This document shows, in pieces, positions 44,365 to 52,351 of a stretch of 52,351 nt of DNA. The stretch's first letter is position 1. Every line of letters begins with the position of its first letter. The DNA is from a virus. Lineage: Duplodnaviria > Caudoviricetes. Position numbers and translations under genes: made by a program. Location of the stretch: IMG/VR virus record IMGVR_UViG_3300017774_001562, positions 1 to 52,351 of that record. One strand, 5' to 3'. The notes under the pieces are model-generated. The model ran no database searches. It had not been told where the DNA came from and worked only from the letters and a program-made list of their open reading frames with translations.

Positions 44365-46884
44365 TTAGTATACCCTCCAATAAATTCCTGTCCAAACTAT
44401 ATCAATATTTACTCCAGAAAAATCTAAAATTAATGTATTATCTATAGATCCAGTGCTTACCAAAAATGATTTTGCTCCAGATAAAATAGTAGCGGGAATT
44501 AATGCCCAAGTATTAGCACCATCAGCAAGGCGAACAATGTCGCCTATATTAGGATTTACTGGTAAATATAAGGACAGTAATCCATAAGAAGTATCAATAA
44601 TATAATTTTTATTTGATTCTAATTGAGTGTTAGTAGTGTTAAAAACGCCAACACCAAAATAAGGCGACGAAGTAGTTGAAACTGTTTTAGTGCCAAATAA
44701 AATATATGTATTTACTCCTGCAATATTAACCAAACTAATTGATGTGGAATTTAATGTAGTTCCCAATTCAAATGTTGGTAGGTTAAATACATTCCAATTT
44801 ATTGCATCAACCGAACGATATGAGAAACCTTGATTGTCAAGTATTAAAAATGCTTGAGTAGCAGTAGAATATACAAATGAATTAACCGTATTAATATTGG
44901 TTGGATTTACTACTAAATCTGTCCAGACAATGCCATTAGACGATTGTTTAATTACGACATTATTATTGTTTAAATCATCAATTACCGCTAAAAATCCAGT
45001 GCCATAAGGTTGTAAGAAAACTTTTTTTGTTCCACCGATATTTAATCTTTGAGTCCAACTATTACCATCACTACTTGAAATGATATCACCAACACTTCCT
45101 CCAGCAAGAAAAATTCCATTATTGTATGTAAAAGAATTAACAACTGATGATATATTACTGGTTCTTAACGTAAATGTAGTTGCTCCTGTAGAAGAAGCAA
45201 TTTCTCCAAAACTACCACCAATCAAAGCTATTCCGTTTGCATAATGTGACGCTGTAATGGATGCTCCAGATGCTCCAAATGGACCAGATGCAGCAGTCCA
45301 CCCAATTCCATCAGATGATGTCAATAAAGTATTACTTTCTGCTCCCGCAAAAAAGAATGAATTTCCAAAAGATACAGTGTTTATATTGTTTGCAGTTACT
45401 TGTGTTGAAGAATTCCAATTTGTTAAATTAGACGAATATGAAATTTTGCCATTAGTAGAAACTACTACGTGTCGTGGAGTTGTATTACTGTTATTGAATG
45501 AATATGCCTTAACTACAATTTGACTGGAAATAGAAATCGTTCCACCCATGCCAGTATGATTACTACATCTGTAATATATTGTAGCGGGATAGGAAGAATT
45601 AGGAGTTATTCTAGTATAAGCTCCTGCAGAACCTGGAGTTCCAACTACAGAAATTTCCCCAGCATATCCAGAAAAAATTGTACTATTGTCAATAGAAAAT
45701 CTGAATGGATGGTTTACATTTGATGCATTTGATTGATCAAAAGTATAAACACTATTTGCTTCTAAAGTTAAACTGGGTTTCTGAACACCATCTACATAGA
45801 ACCCACCAGCGGTGCCATTTGGTACAGTAACAACATAAGTAACGTTATTCACAGGAAATATTGATTTTTCCTGTAATGTAGATACAGACGAAGGAATTGC
45901 TGCTTTTAATTCCCAACCAATTAAAGATCCTCCAGTTGAAGTAGTTAATAACTCGTCCCATCTACCTGCACTTGTGTTATAAACTTTTGCGCTATTTGTA
46001 AAAGTATTCCAAACTAACTGCCCATCAACAGGATTTACTGGATCAGAAACTACATTGATATTAATTTTATCGGTTGTTACTGCTCCTGTTGATAACTCAG
46101 TTGTGCCTACTGCACCGTTCGCAATTTGAGCAGAAGTAACTGCATCATTGGCAATTTTATTAGTTGATACTGATGAATTAGATAATTCTGTATTGCCAAC
46201 TGCACCAGATGCAATTTTATCAGCAGTAATTGCATCATCAGCAATTTTAGCGGTTGTTACATTACTGTCAGCAATTTTAATTGTGGTTACATTACTATCA
46301 GCAATTTTACCAGTTGTTACATTACTGTCAGCAATTTTAGCAGTTGTTACCGCTAGATCTGCAATTTTTAAAGTAGTAATATTTAAGTCACGAATTTTTG
46401 CAGTTGTTACTGCTTCTCCTCCAGGAACACCACTTAACTTGGTAGTAGTAACTGCGCCATCAGCAACATCTGCAGCGATAATAGTGCCATCGGCAATTTT
46501 ATCTGCTGTGATAGAACCATCAGCAATTTTTATCGTAGTGACTGCTGCATCTCTAATAGTGCTTGTAGTTACACTATCTGTTGCTGGTTTGTTTAGTGAA
46601 ACTCTATCACCAAGAATAGCAAAAAATACTGCTGAAGATGAAGGAGCAATAGCAAAGGTAATTATATTACCTTGAATTAAAAAGTCAACTTTTGGATTTA
46701 ATTGACCACCATTTAATATTGCTTGAAATAAAAGTTCTGTATCAGGATAAACAGCTTCACTATCAATAGTTAAATAGAATTGAGTTGTGGTTCCATTAAA
46801 TCCAACACCACCACCAACTCTTTGGAGTGGAGTATCAAGTTTTCTGTTGTCTGTCCTAGTAGGACTAATTCCTAAGTATGGCAT
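44365..46884 (-). CDS. Modular tail-fibre-like protein: decamer-repeat shaft, cupredoxin-like domain, Asp-box propeller, gp34/gp10-like C-terminal domain
   Basis: VTTAKIAD repeats; NHPF...YYRCSNHTGMG; SSDGxxW Asp-boxes; YIIDTS...LPVNPNIGD. Confidence 0.82.
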   Translation of the reverse strand: MPYLGISPTRTDNRKLDTPLQRVGGGVGFNGTTTQFYLTIDSEAVYPDTELLFQAILNGGQLNPKVDFLIQGNIITFAIAPSSSAVFFAILGDRVSLNKPATDSVTTSTIRDAAVTTIKIADGSITADKIADGTIIAADVADGAVTTTKLSGVPGGEAVTTAKIRDLNITTLKIADLAVTTAKIADSNVTTGKIADSNVTTIKIADSNVTTAKIADDAITADKIASGAVGNTELSNSSVSTNKIANDAVTSAQIANGAVGTTELSTGAVTTDKININVVSDPVNPVDGQLVWNTFTNSAKVYNTSAGRWDELLTTSTGGSLIGWELKAAIPSSVSTLQEKSIFPVNNVTYVVTVPNGTAGGFYVDGVQKPSLTLEANSVYTFDQSNASNVNHPFRFSIDNSTIFSGYAGEISVVGTPGSAGAYTRITPNSSYPATIYYRCSNHTGMGGTISISSQIVVKAYSFNNSNTTPRHVVVSTNGKISYSSNLTNWNSSTQVTANNINTVSFGNSFFFAGAESNTLLTSSDGIGWTAASGPFGASGASITASHYANGIALIGGSFGEIASSTGATTFTLRTSNISSVVNSFTYNNGIFLAGGSVGDIISSSDGNSWTQRLNIGGTKKVFLQPYGTGFLAVIDDLNNNNVVIKQSSNGIVWTDLVVNPTNINTVNSFVYSTATQAFLILDNQGFSYRSVDAINWNVFNLPTFELGTTLNSTSISLVNIAGVNTYILFGTKTVSTTSSPYFGVGVFNTTNTQLESNKNYIIDTSYGLLSLYLPVNPNIGDIVRLADGANTWALIPATILSGAKSFLVSTGSIDNTLILDFSGVNIDIVWTGIYWRVY
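46060..46578. repeat. About 17 x 30-bp (10-aa) repeats, VTTxKIADxx
   Basis: Near-identical units tcagcaatttta....gttacattact at about 46238-46350, more diverged on the flanks. Confidence 0.9.
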
Positions 46885-46895
46885 AGCACCTCGTA

Positions 46896-47228
46896 TTAAT
46901 TAGTAATTTCTAAAAAGCTTAATAATACATCCATGCCACCTGCAGTATCGCATTTTGCCTTTACAACATCACCTACTTCCAACACAATTTTTTGCCCCGA
47001 CAATACTTCAAAAGAAGATCCAGTTGGAATGGGAATATTTTTAATTAGATTTGCGTCAGATCCTACTGCTTTATCAATGATAATATCAGCAACAACAGAT
47101 GAGGTTGCAACACACGCTAGGTTTAGACCAATAATAATTGATACTGTGCTTGCTGGACAAGTATAAACCGAAGTTAAACTTGTTCCTACTGCTGCACCTA
47201 CTTTGGATTTGAATGTATTTGTTGCCAT
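46896..47228 (-). CDS. Small beta-rich fibre-associated protein (MANTFK-type)
   Basis: MATNTFKSK...VYTCPA...IPTGSSFEVLSGQKIVLE.GD...SFLEIT. Confidence 0.8.
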   Translation of the reverse strand: MATNTFKSKVGAAVGTSLTSVYTCPASTVSIIIGLNLACVATSSVVADIIIDKAVGSDANLIKNIPIPTGSSFEVLSGQKIVLEVGDVVKAKCDTAGGMDVLLSFLEITN

Positions 47229-47231
47229 TTA

Positions 47232-47501
47232 TTACCCCAATGCGATTGATAACGCCAACACATCCTCAACAAAAACAGGTGTTACCCACGATAGATCTCC
47301 CGATCCATTCGTTTGTAATACCTGTCTAGTGTCTCCTGCGCTAGATGGAAACGTCAATGTGTAATTAGCAGAAAGAGCAGATGGTGCCCTAAGAGAAACA
47401 GAATTTTCTCCATTAATGGATAATTCTTTTAACTCTAAAGTATTTTGGTTTTGTACTACGACGCCGTTTTTAACGACGAACGCCTTGTTTGACGTTGCCA
47501 T
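47232..47501 (-). CDS. Miniature fibre-like protein with C-terminal ALSIALG tail
   Basis: KAFVVKNG; YTLTFP...QVLQTNGSGDLSW fibre module. Confidence 0.78.
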   Translation of the reverse strand: MATSNKAFVVKNGVVVQNQNTLELKELSINGENSVSLRAPSALSANYTLTFPSSAGDTRQVLQTNGSGDLSWVTPVFVEDVLALSIALG

Positions 47502-47539
47502 GAAGGATCACTCTCCCCTTCTGCTAAATTTTCTATATG

Positions 47540-47547
47540 TATTTATA
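47540..47547 (-). promoter_or_regulatory. Late promoter TATAAATA (leftward fibre operon)
   Basis: Exact consensus. Confidence 0.85.
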
Positions 47548-47565
47548 CCAAAAAAAAATTAAAAC

Positions 47566-47573
47566 TATAAATA
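47566..47573 (+). promoter_or_regulatory. Late promoter TATAAATA (rightward fibre gene)
   Basis: Exact consensus 27 nt before the ATG at 47601. Confidence 0.85.
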
Positions 47574-47600
47574 TGTTTAAGGAAAGAATAGAGAGACATA

Positions 47601-50600
47601 ATGCCGCCAAACGCCAGTCAATTTCCGTGGTCAACAGTTGAGAAAGTTGCTGCAAATCTTTTAACTAATGGTTTTCATAGTGGAATTAGTTTTGCTTATG
47701 ATTCATTAAATTCTAGAATAAACGCAACTGCTACTGGTGGTAGTGGCGGTGGATCTATAAATTTAACTAATTTAAGTGTATCAAGTCAAAGCGCATCAGG
47801 ATCTGGATCTTTATCATTTAATGATCAAACTGGAGTATTTACATTTACTCCCCCAAATTTATCTACTTACACTATAAGAAACGCTGCAGAATCTTTTACA
47901 TCACTTCTTGTAAATACTAGTGTTTCTTCATCAACAACACTAACAGATAGTATTAGTAGTTTAACTGGAGTAAATCCTGTTGCTTTTCCAAACGGAATAA
48001 CTCCTTTAAGTTTAATAACTACTGGTCCTCAAGGAAGCGCAGGAAGCGCAGGGCAGTATTTGACAAGCACTGGAGGTGGACTTTCGTGGGTCACACTATC
48101 AGCAATTACTCAAAATACTTCTGCTACATTAGCAAATTTAGTTATTACTGGTAACCTAAATGTTATTGGCACTACAACTACAACTAATCTTACTACATTA
48201 AACGTTACTAATAGTCAACTTGTTTTAAATGATTCTGTTGTTGGAACACCATCGTCAAATGCTGATATAATTGTAAACAGAGGATCTTCAACTGACACAG
48301 CAATTAGATGGAATGAGCTTACTGATAGATGGGAATTTACAAACGACGGAACTACTTATGTAAATTTACCTACTCCATCAGAGTATAATAATTACAATTC
48401 TTTAATAAACCGACCCACAATTCCAGCAGCACAAGTTAATTCTGACTGGAGTGCTACTGGTGGTATTACTGCTATTTTAAATAAACCCACTTTATTCAGT
48501 GGTAATTATACTGACCTAACTAACACTCCCACCATACCAACGTTACTTAGAAATTTTTCTGATGTTTCGGATGCAACTCCAACAATAGGAAATATTCTTC
48601 GTTGGGATGGCACTCAATGGGCTCCTGCATCTGCTGCTGGCAGTGGAGGTGGTGGCGGCACTATGATTGGTCCTGTTATTTCTACTGATAAAGCAATCAC
48701 TAGATTTAATGGATCTACTGGATTAGAAGTTCAAAACTCTTTGGTTATCATTGCTGATGATGGAGCAATTACTGCGCCACGAGTAAAAAATCTAATACCA
48801 TTTTATCATCCAACTCTTGCTGAATTTTCAACTGCTTCTGGAAACGAAGGAGCTATAGCATATTCGGAATCTGGCGGTGCTCTTTATTATTCACACAATA
48901 GTAGTTGGACTAGTCAAAGAATTGTAACTACTAATAGTTCTACGTCATCAGATCTACAAGTACTTATTGGCAATTTCCAAAAAACATATTCCACATCAGC
49001 ACAAGATGTTGTAATTAATAGCGTTAATCAATCAGATAGAAAAGCATTACGGTTATCTGATTCTGCAGGAACAAATAGTGATATTATTATCAAAGTAAGT
49101 TCTGGACTTAATATCTCTAGGTCTACTAATGAATTAACTTTAAGTGGAAGAATTTATAATTTTACTACTGAACTTGCTACAGGTAATCAAATAAAAGTAA
49201 GACTACAAGAAATTGGTATTGCAACGGTAAACACGGATATTACTTTTGTTGGAGCAGATGGATTATTAATTGAGAGAACAAATCCAACTACAATTACTTT
49301 TAGAGCACCGCCAACTGTAGTAACACAATACACAGATGCGTTTGCTAAAGATGCAGCAGCATTAATGCTTATTAATGGTAGTAAAGTTGGGATTACATAT
49401 ACTTATGATAGTGTTAATAAAGTTATCAATAGTGTTGTATCTGGTAGCGGTAGCGGTAGTGGAACAGTAATCACGTATGATTTGACAGGTAGAAATACGA
49501 ATAGTAACAATGCAATTATTGATTTAATTCCTAGTTCTGGACTAACAGATACTATTGAATTTGCTGGTAGTGCAGGAACAACTGTAAATTGGGATTCTGG
49601 AAACAAAAGAATTACAATTGGTAGCGTTGCGCCAGTGCAAGCAGATTGGAATCAAACCAATAATACATCACTCAATTTTATTCAAAACAAACCAACTATA
49701 CCAACTCAATATACTTTACCAACTGCAACCACAAGTATTTTGGGTGGAGTTAAAGTTGACGGATCTACTATTACTATTAATGGTAGTGGAGTAATAACTG
49801 CTGCCGCTGGTGGGTATACATTACCAGTAGCAACAGCAAACACTTTAGGTGGTATTAAACTTGGATCTGGATTATCAATAGACGGTAATGGAGTTGTTAG
49901 CTCATCTGGAGGAAATGCGCTTCTACCTTCAATACAAACCGTATCAGGAACAACGGCATCACTTGCTACAGATGCATATACAGAATTAAATATTGTTGGG
50001 CATGAAACATATACAATATATAAAATTAATGCAAGCAAAGAATCTTGGATCAGAATATACACTGATGATGTTTCTCGTGATGCTGATATTACTCGTAGTG
50101 AAGGTCAAGATCCATTAAGTGGCAGTGGACTTATTGCAGAAATCAGAACAGCAAATGATAATGATACTGTTTTAATTACTCCTGGTGTATTAGGGTTTAA
50201 TAATGATAGTCCCAGAACAAATATAATATATTTAAGCGTAACAAATAGAAGTGTTTCTCTCACTCCAATTACAATAACGTTAACAATACTGGGCGGTAGT
50301 GGTATTACAAATACTGGAGGAAGCAGTGGTAGTAGTTATACTTTACCAACTGCAACCACAAGTATTTTGGGTGGAATTAAAGTTGGTGCCAATCTAAGTA
50401 TAGATTCAGTAACTGGTATTCTTAGTGCAAATACTGGATCGTATACTTTACCAACGGCATCGGTAAATACTTTGGGTGGAGTTAAAGTAGATAATACTAC
50501 TATTACTATAACCAGTGGTGTTATTAGTACTACCCCATACTCACTACCAACTGCTACTACTACTGTTCTTGGTGGTATCCTGATTGGATCTGGATTGAGT

Positions 50601-52351
50601 ATTACCAATGGAGTTGTTAGTGCTACTAGTGGCATCAGTGATATTGTAGCGGACGTTACTCCACAACTTGGTGGCAACTTAGATACACAGACATTTGATA
50701 TTACTGGAGGAACTTCATCAACAATTGAACTTCAAGGTCAATCAAGCAAGTTAAGATTCCATTTTGATACGCTTGCTAGTTTGCCATCCGCTTCAGATTG
50801 GCACGGAATGTTTGCTCATGCTCATGATACAGGAAAAGCATATTATGCTCATAGTGGTAATTGGGAACCGTTAGCAAAACTTTCTGATTCTGATACGCTT
50901 TATACTAATACGATGTCACTAGGTCTTAATCATGATATTGGTAAATACTGGACCAAAATTGAAATGTCGGATGGCAATATCAATACTCCATCATTCATTC
51001 ATTCATTAGTATATTGTGGTAATGGAATTGTTCTTGCTGGATCTGGTTTCGGTTTCTATGGCGCTAACGGCGGAATTTATAAGTCTACGAATTATGGGAT
51101 TACTTGGACGCTAACCTCCCTCAACTCTATTTCTATTAGGTCATTAGCTTACTGTGGAAATGGAATTGTTCTTGCTGGATCTGGTGGTCAATTTAATCAG
51201 GGAGACATTTATAGATCTTTTGATTATGGTGCTAGCTGGTCCCCAATTGAAATGGGTGCGGATTTAGAAGCAATCTGTTCATTAGTATATTGTGGAAATG
51301 GTATTGTTCTTGCAGGAGGTGGCACCTACGGTTCTCAAGATGGAGACATTTATAGGTCTACAAATTATGGTGCTAGCTGGACCAGAACTTTAGATTCAAT
51401 CCATAATTCAATTACTTCATTAGTATATTGTGGTAATGGTATTGTTCTTGCGGGCCCAGCTGGTCTTACAAATGCAGGAAACTTTATTAAAAGGTCAACT
51501 GACTTTGGTCTAACTTGGACTGATATATCGGTTGCTCCCAGTGGCACCTTACAAGAAATTGGTTCATTAGTATATTGTGGTAATGGTATTATTCTTGCGG
51601 GTGGTGGTAATTCCAGTAATTTTGGTTACAGTACTAATGATGGAGACATTTATAGGTCAACTGACTTTGGTCTGACATTTACTAAAATTGAAATGGGTGT
51701 AGGACTAGAACATATTAGTTCATTAGTATATTGTGGTAATGGTATTGTTTTTGCTGGAAGTGGTGGCAGCTATGGTGGCGACGATGGTTCTGGTAGTAAT
51801 GATGGAGACATTTATAAGTCTAATGATTATGGTAAGACATTTACCAAAATTTATGATCCTGGTGCTGAAATAACACAAATTTATTCATTATTATATTGTG
51901 GTAATGGTATTGTTATTGCTGGAAGTGGTAAAAGTGCTACTAGTAATGGAGACATTTATAGGTCTGATACTGGTGGAGTTTTTACTGATACCCCAACAGC
52001 ACAAGTTAATTCTAACTGGACTGCTACAACTGGTCTAGCACAAATACTTAATAAACCAACTCTATTCAGTGGAAGTTATACTGACTTAACTAATAAACCA
52101 ACAATTCCTGGAGCGTATACATTACCAATCGCTACTGATACTGTCCTTGGTGGTGTAAAGGTTGCATCGGGTTCTGGTTTAAATGTCGATGCCTCTGGAT
52201 TTATTAGTGCTACTGGTGGCGGTGGTGGTAGTGGTATTACTGATATTGTATTAGATTTAACTCCTCAACTTGGAGGAAATCTAGATTTAAATAGCAAAAA
52301 TATTACTGGCACTGGAAATATTGATGTTACTGGAGATATTACTGGGAAAGG
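47601..52351 (+). CDS. Large modular tail-fibre protein, more than 1,583 aa, 3' end off-window
   Basis: Absent from the track because there is no stop in the window. Hand translation of sampled segments in one frame: MPPNASQFPW..., TGVFTFTPP, AQVNSDW..NKPT, YTLPTATTSILGGVKV, TPQLGGNLD, SLVYCGNG repeats. Confidence 0.88.
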   Translation, partial: MPPNASQFPWSTVEKVAANLLTNGFHSGISFAYDSLNSRINATATGGSGGGSINLTNLSVSSQSASGSGSLSFNDQTGVFTFTPPNLSTYTIRNAAESFTSLLVNTSVSSSTTLTDSISSLTGVNPVAFPNGITPLSLITTGPQGSAGSAGQYLTSTGGGLSWVTLSAITQNTSATLANLVITGNLNVIGTTTTTNLTTLNVTNSQLVLNDSVVGTPSSNADIIVNRGSSTDTAIRWNELTDRWEFTNDGTTYVNLPTPSEYNNYNSLINRPTIPAAQVNSDWSATGGITAILNKPTLFSGNYTDLTNTPTIPTLLRNFSDVSDATPTIGNILRWDGTQWAPASAAGSGGGGGTMIGPVISTDKAITRFNGSTGLEVQNSLVIIADDGAITAPRVKNLIPFYHPTLAEFSTASGNEGAIAYSESGGALYYSHNSSWTSQRIVTTNSSTSSDLQVLIGNFQKTYSTSAQDVVINSVNQSDRKALRLSDSAGTNSDIIIKVSSGLNISRSTNELTLSGRIYNFTTELATGNQIKVRLQEIGIATVNTDITFVGADGLLIERTNPTTITFRAPPTVVTQYTDAFAKDAAALMLINGSKVGITYTYDSVNKVINSVVSGSGSGSGTVITYDLTGRNTNSNNAIIDLIPSSGLTDTIEFAGSAGTTVNWDSGNKRITIGSVAPVQADWNQTNNTSLNFIQNKPTIPTQYTLPTATTSILGGVKVDGSTITINGSGVITAAAGGYTLPVATANTLGGIKLGSGLSIDGNGVVSSSGGNALLPSIQTVSGTTASLATDAYTELNIVGHETYTIYKINASKESWIRIYTDDVSRDADITRSEGQDPLSGSGLIAEIRTANDNDTVLITPGVLGFNNDSPRTNIIYLSVTNRSVSLTPITITLTILGGSGITNTGGSSGSSYTLPTATTSILGGIKVGANLSIDSVTGILSANTGSYTLPTASVNTLGGVKVDNTTITITSGVISTTPYSLPTATTTVLGGILIGSGLSITNGVVSATSGISDIVADVTPQLGGNLDTQTFDITGGTSSTIELQGQSSKLRFHFDTLASLPSASDWHGMFAHAHDTGKAYYAHSGNWEPLAKLSDSDTLYTNTMSLGLNHDIGKYWTKIEMSDGNINTPSFIHSLVYCGNGIVLAGSGFGFYGANGGIYKSTNYGITWTLTSLNSISIRSLAYCGNGIVLAGSGGQFNQGDIYRSFDYGASWSPIEMGADLEAICSLVYCGNGIVLAGGGTYGSQDGDIYRSTNYGASWTRTLDSIHNSITSLVYCGNGIVLAGPAGLTNAGNFIKRSTDFGLTWTDISVAPSGTLQEIGSLVYCGNGIILAGGGNSSNFGYSTNDGDIYRSTDFGLTFTKIEMGVGLEHISSLVYCGNGIVFAGSGGSYGGDDGSGSNDGDIYKSNDYGKTFTKIYDPGAEITQIYSLLYCGNGIVIAGSGKSATSNGDIYRSDTGGVFTDTPTAQVNSNWTATTGLAQILNKPTLFSGSYTDLTNKPTIPGAYTLPIATDTVLGGVKVASGSGLNVDASGFISATGGGGGSGITDIVLDLTPQLGGNLDLNSKNITGTGNIDVTGDITGK
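49710..50385. repeat. Dispersed near-exact repeat pair (49710-49758 and 50337-50385) among YTLPxAxxxxLGGxK repeats
   Basis: 39 identical bp tatactttaccaactgcaaccacaagtattttgggtgga, one mismatch, then 9 more identical bp. Confidence 0.88.
50940..51970 (+). repeat. Seven tandem Asp-box/BNR propeller blades
   Basis: tcattagtatattgtggtaatgg-type cores at about 51003, 51141, 51279, 51417, 51564, 51720 and 51885. Confidence 0.92.

Noticed and set aside
46148-46675. Antisense ORF over the decamer repeats (also 49403-51547 minus-strand ORFs)
   Set aside because: Mirror images of repetitive fibre coding sequence.
50991-51007. (TCAT)4 microsatellite at the start of the propeller as a phase-variation switch
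   Set aside because: Only four units, partly made of the blade consensus; too short to support without read data.
50940-51970. CRISPR-like appearance of regularly spaced ~22-bp repeats
   Set aside because: Spacings of 138-165 bp are all multiples of three, in frame, and encode protein blades.
47601-52351. Diversity-generating retroelement or invertase-type tail switching
   Set aside because: No reverse transcriptase or recombinase in the window; the repeats are in-frame and their differences are not adenine-specific.
1-52351. tRNA genes and photosynthesis auxiliary genes
   Set aside because: Intergenic gaps are short with no cloverleaf or T-loop motif visible, and no psbA, hli or petE-like ORF is present.

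Overview
This window is part of a T4-like myophage genome with the gene order and content of cyanomyoviruses (Kyanoviridae-like). The host is not provable from this window, which has no photosynthesis genes. Positions 1-47,501 are almost all minus-strand. In transcription direction they read: a tail-fibre/virion-appendage operon (47,501 to 35,232, including a 2,604-aa protein), neck/terminase/tail/head genes (gp13-14-15-16-[small ORFs]-17-18-19-20-21-22-23-3), then uvsY, uvsW, gp55, gp47, gp46, a VWA-peptidase plus MoxR/CobS-like ATPase pair, gp45, gp44, a putative nuclease plus Dam methylase, gp62, regA, hsp20, gp43, uvsX, gp41, mazG and a truncated KxDG-motif ORF. A long plus-strand fibre gene missing from the ORF track starts at 47,601 and runs off the end. 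Late promoters (ATAAATA), sigma70-type promoters and several terminators are readable. I saw no tRNA, CRISPR, intron, intein or reverse transcriptase. The best leads are: (i) +1-frame ORFs nested in gp41, gp43, gp46 and gp47 that coincide with sharp local codon-usage shifts (candidate overprinted genes); (ii) a ROSE-like RNA thermometer on the hsp20 leader; (iii) a perfect-consensus sigma70 promoter firing antisense into the uvsW/late region, back-to-back with the gp55 promoter; (iv) a PD-(D/E)xK-like nuclease plus Dam pair splitting the clamp-loader genes; (v) a candidate late sRNA after hsp20; (vi) fibre modules including a recently amplified 7-blade propeller and a cupredoxin-like domain. 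All product calls come from recognising motifs and synteny, not from database searches.
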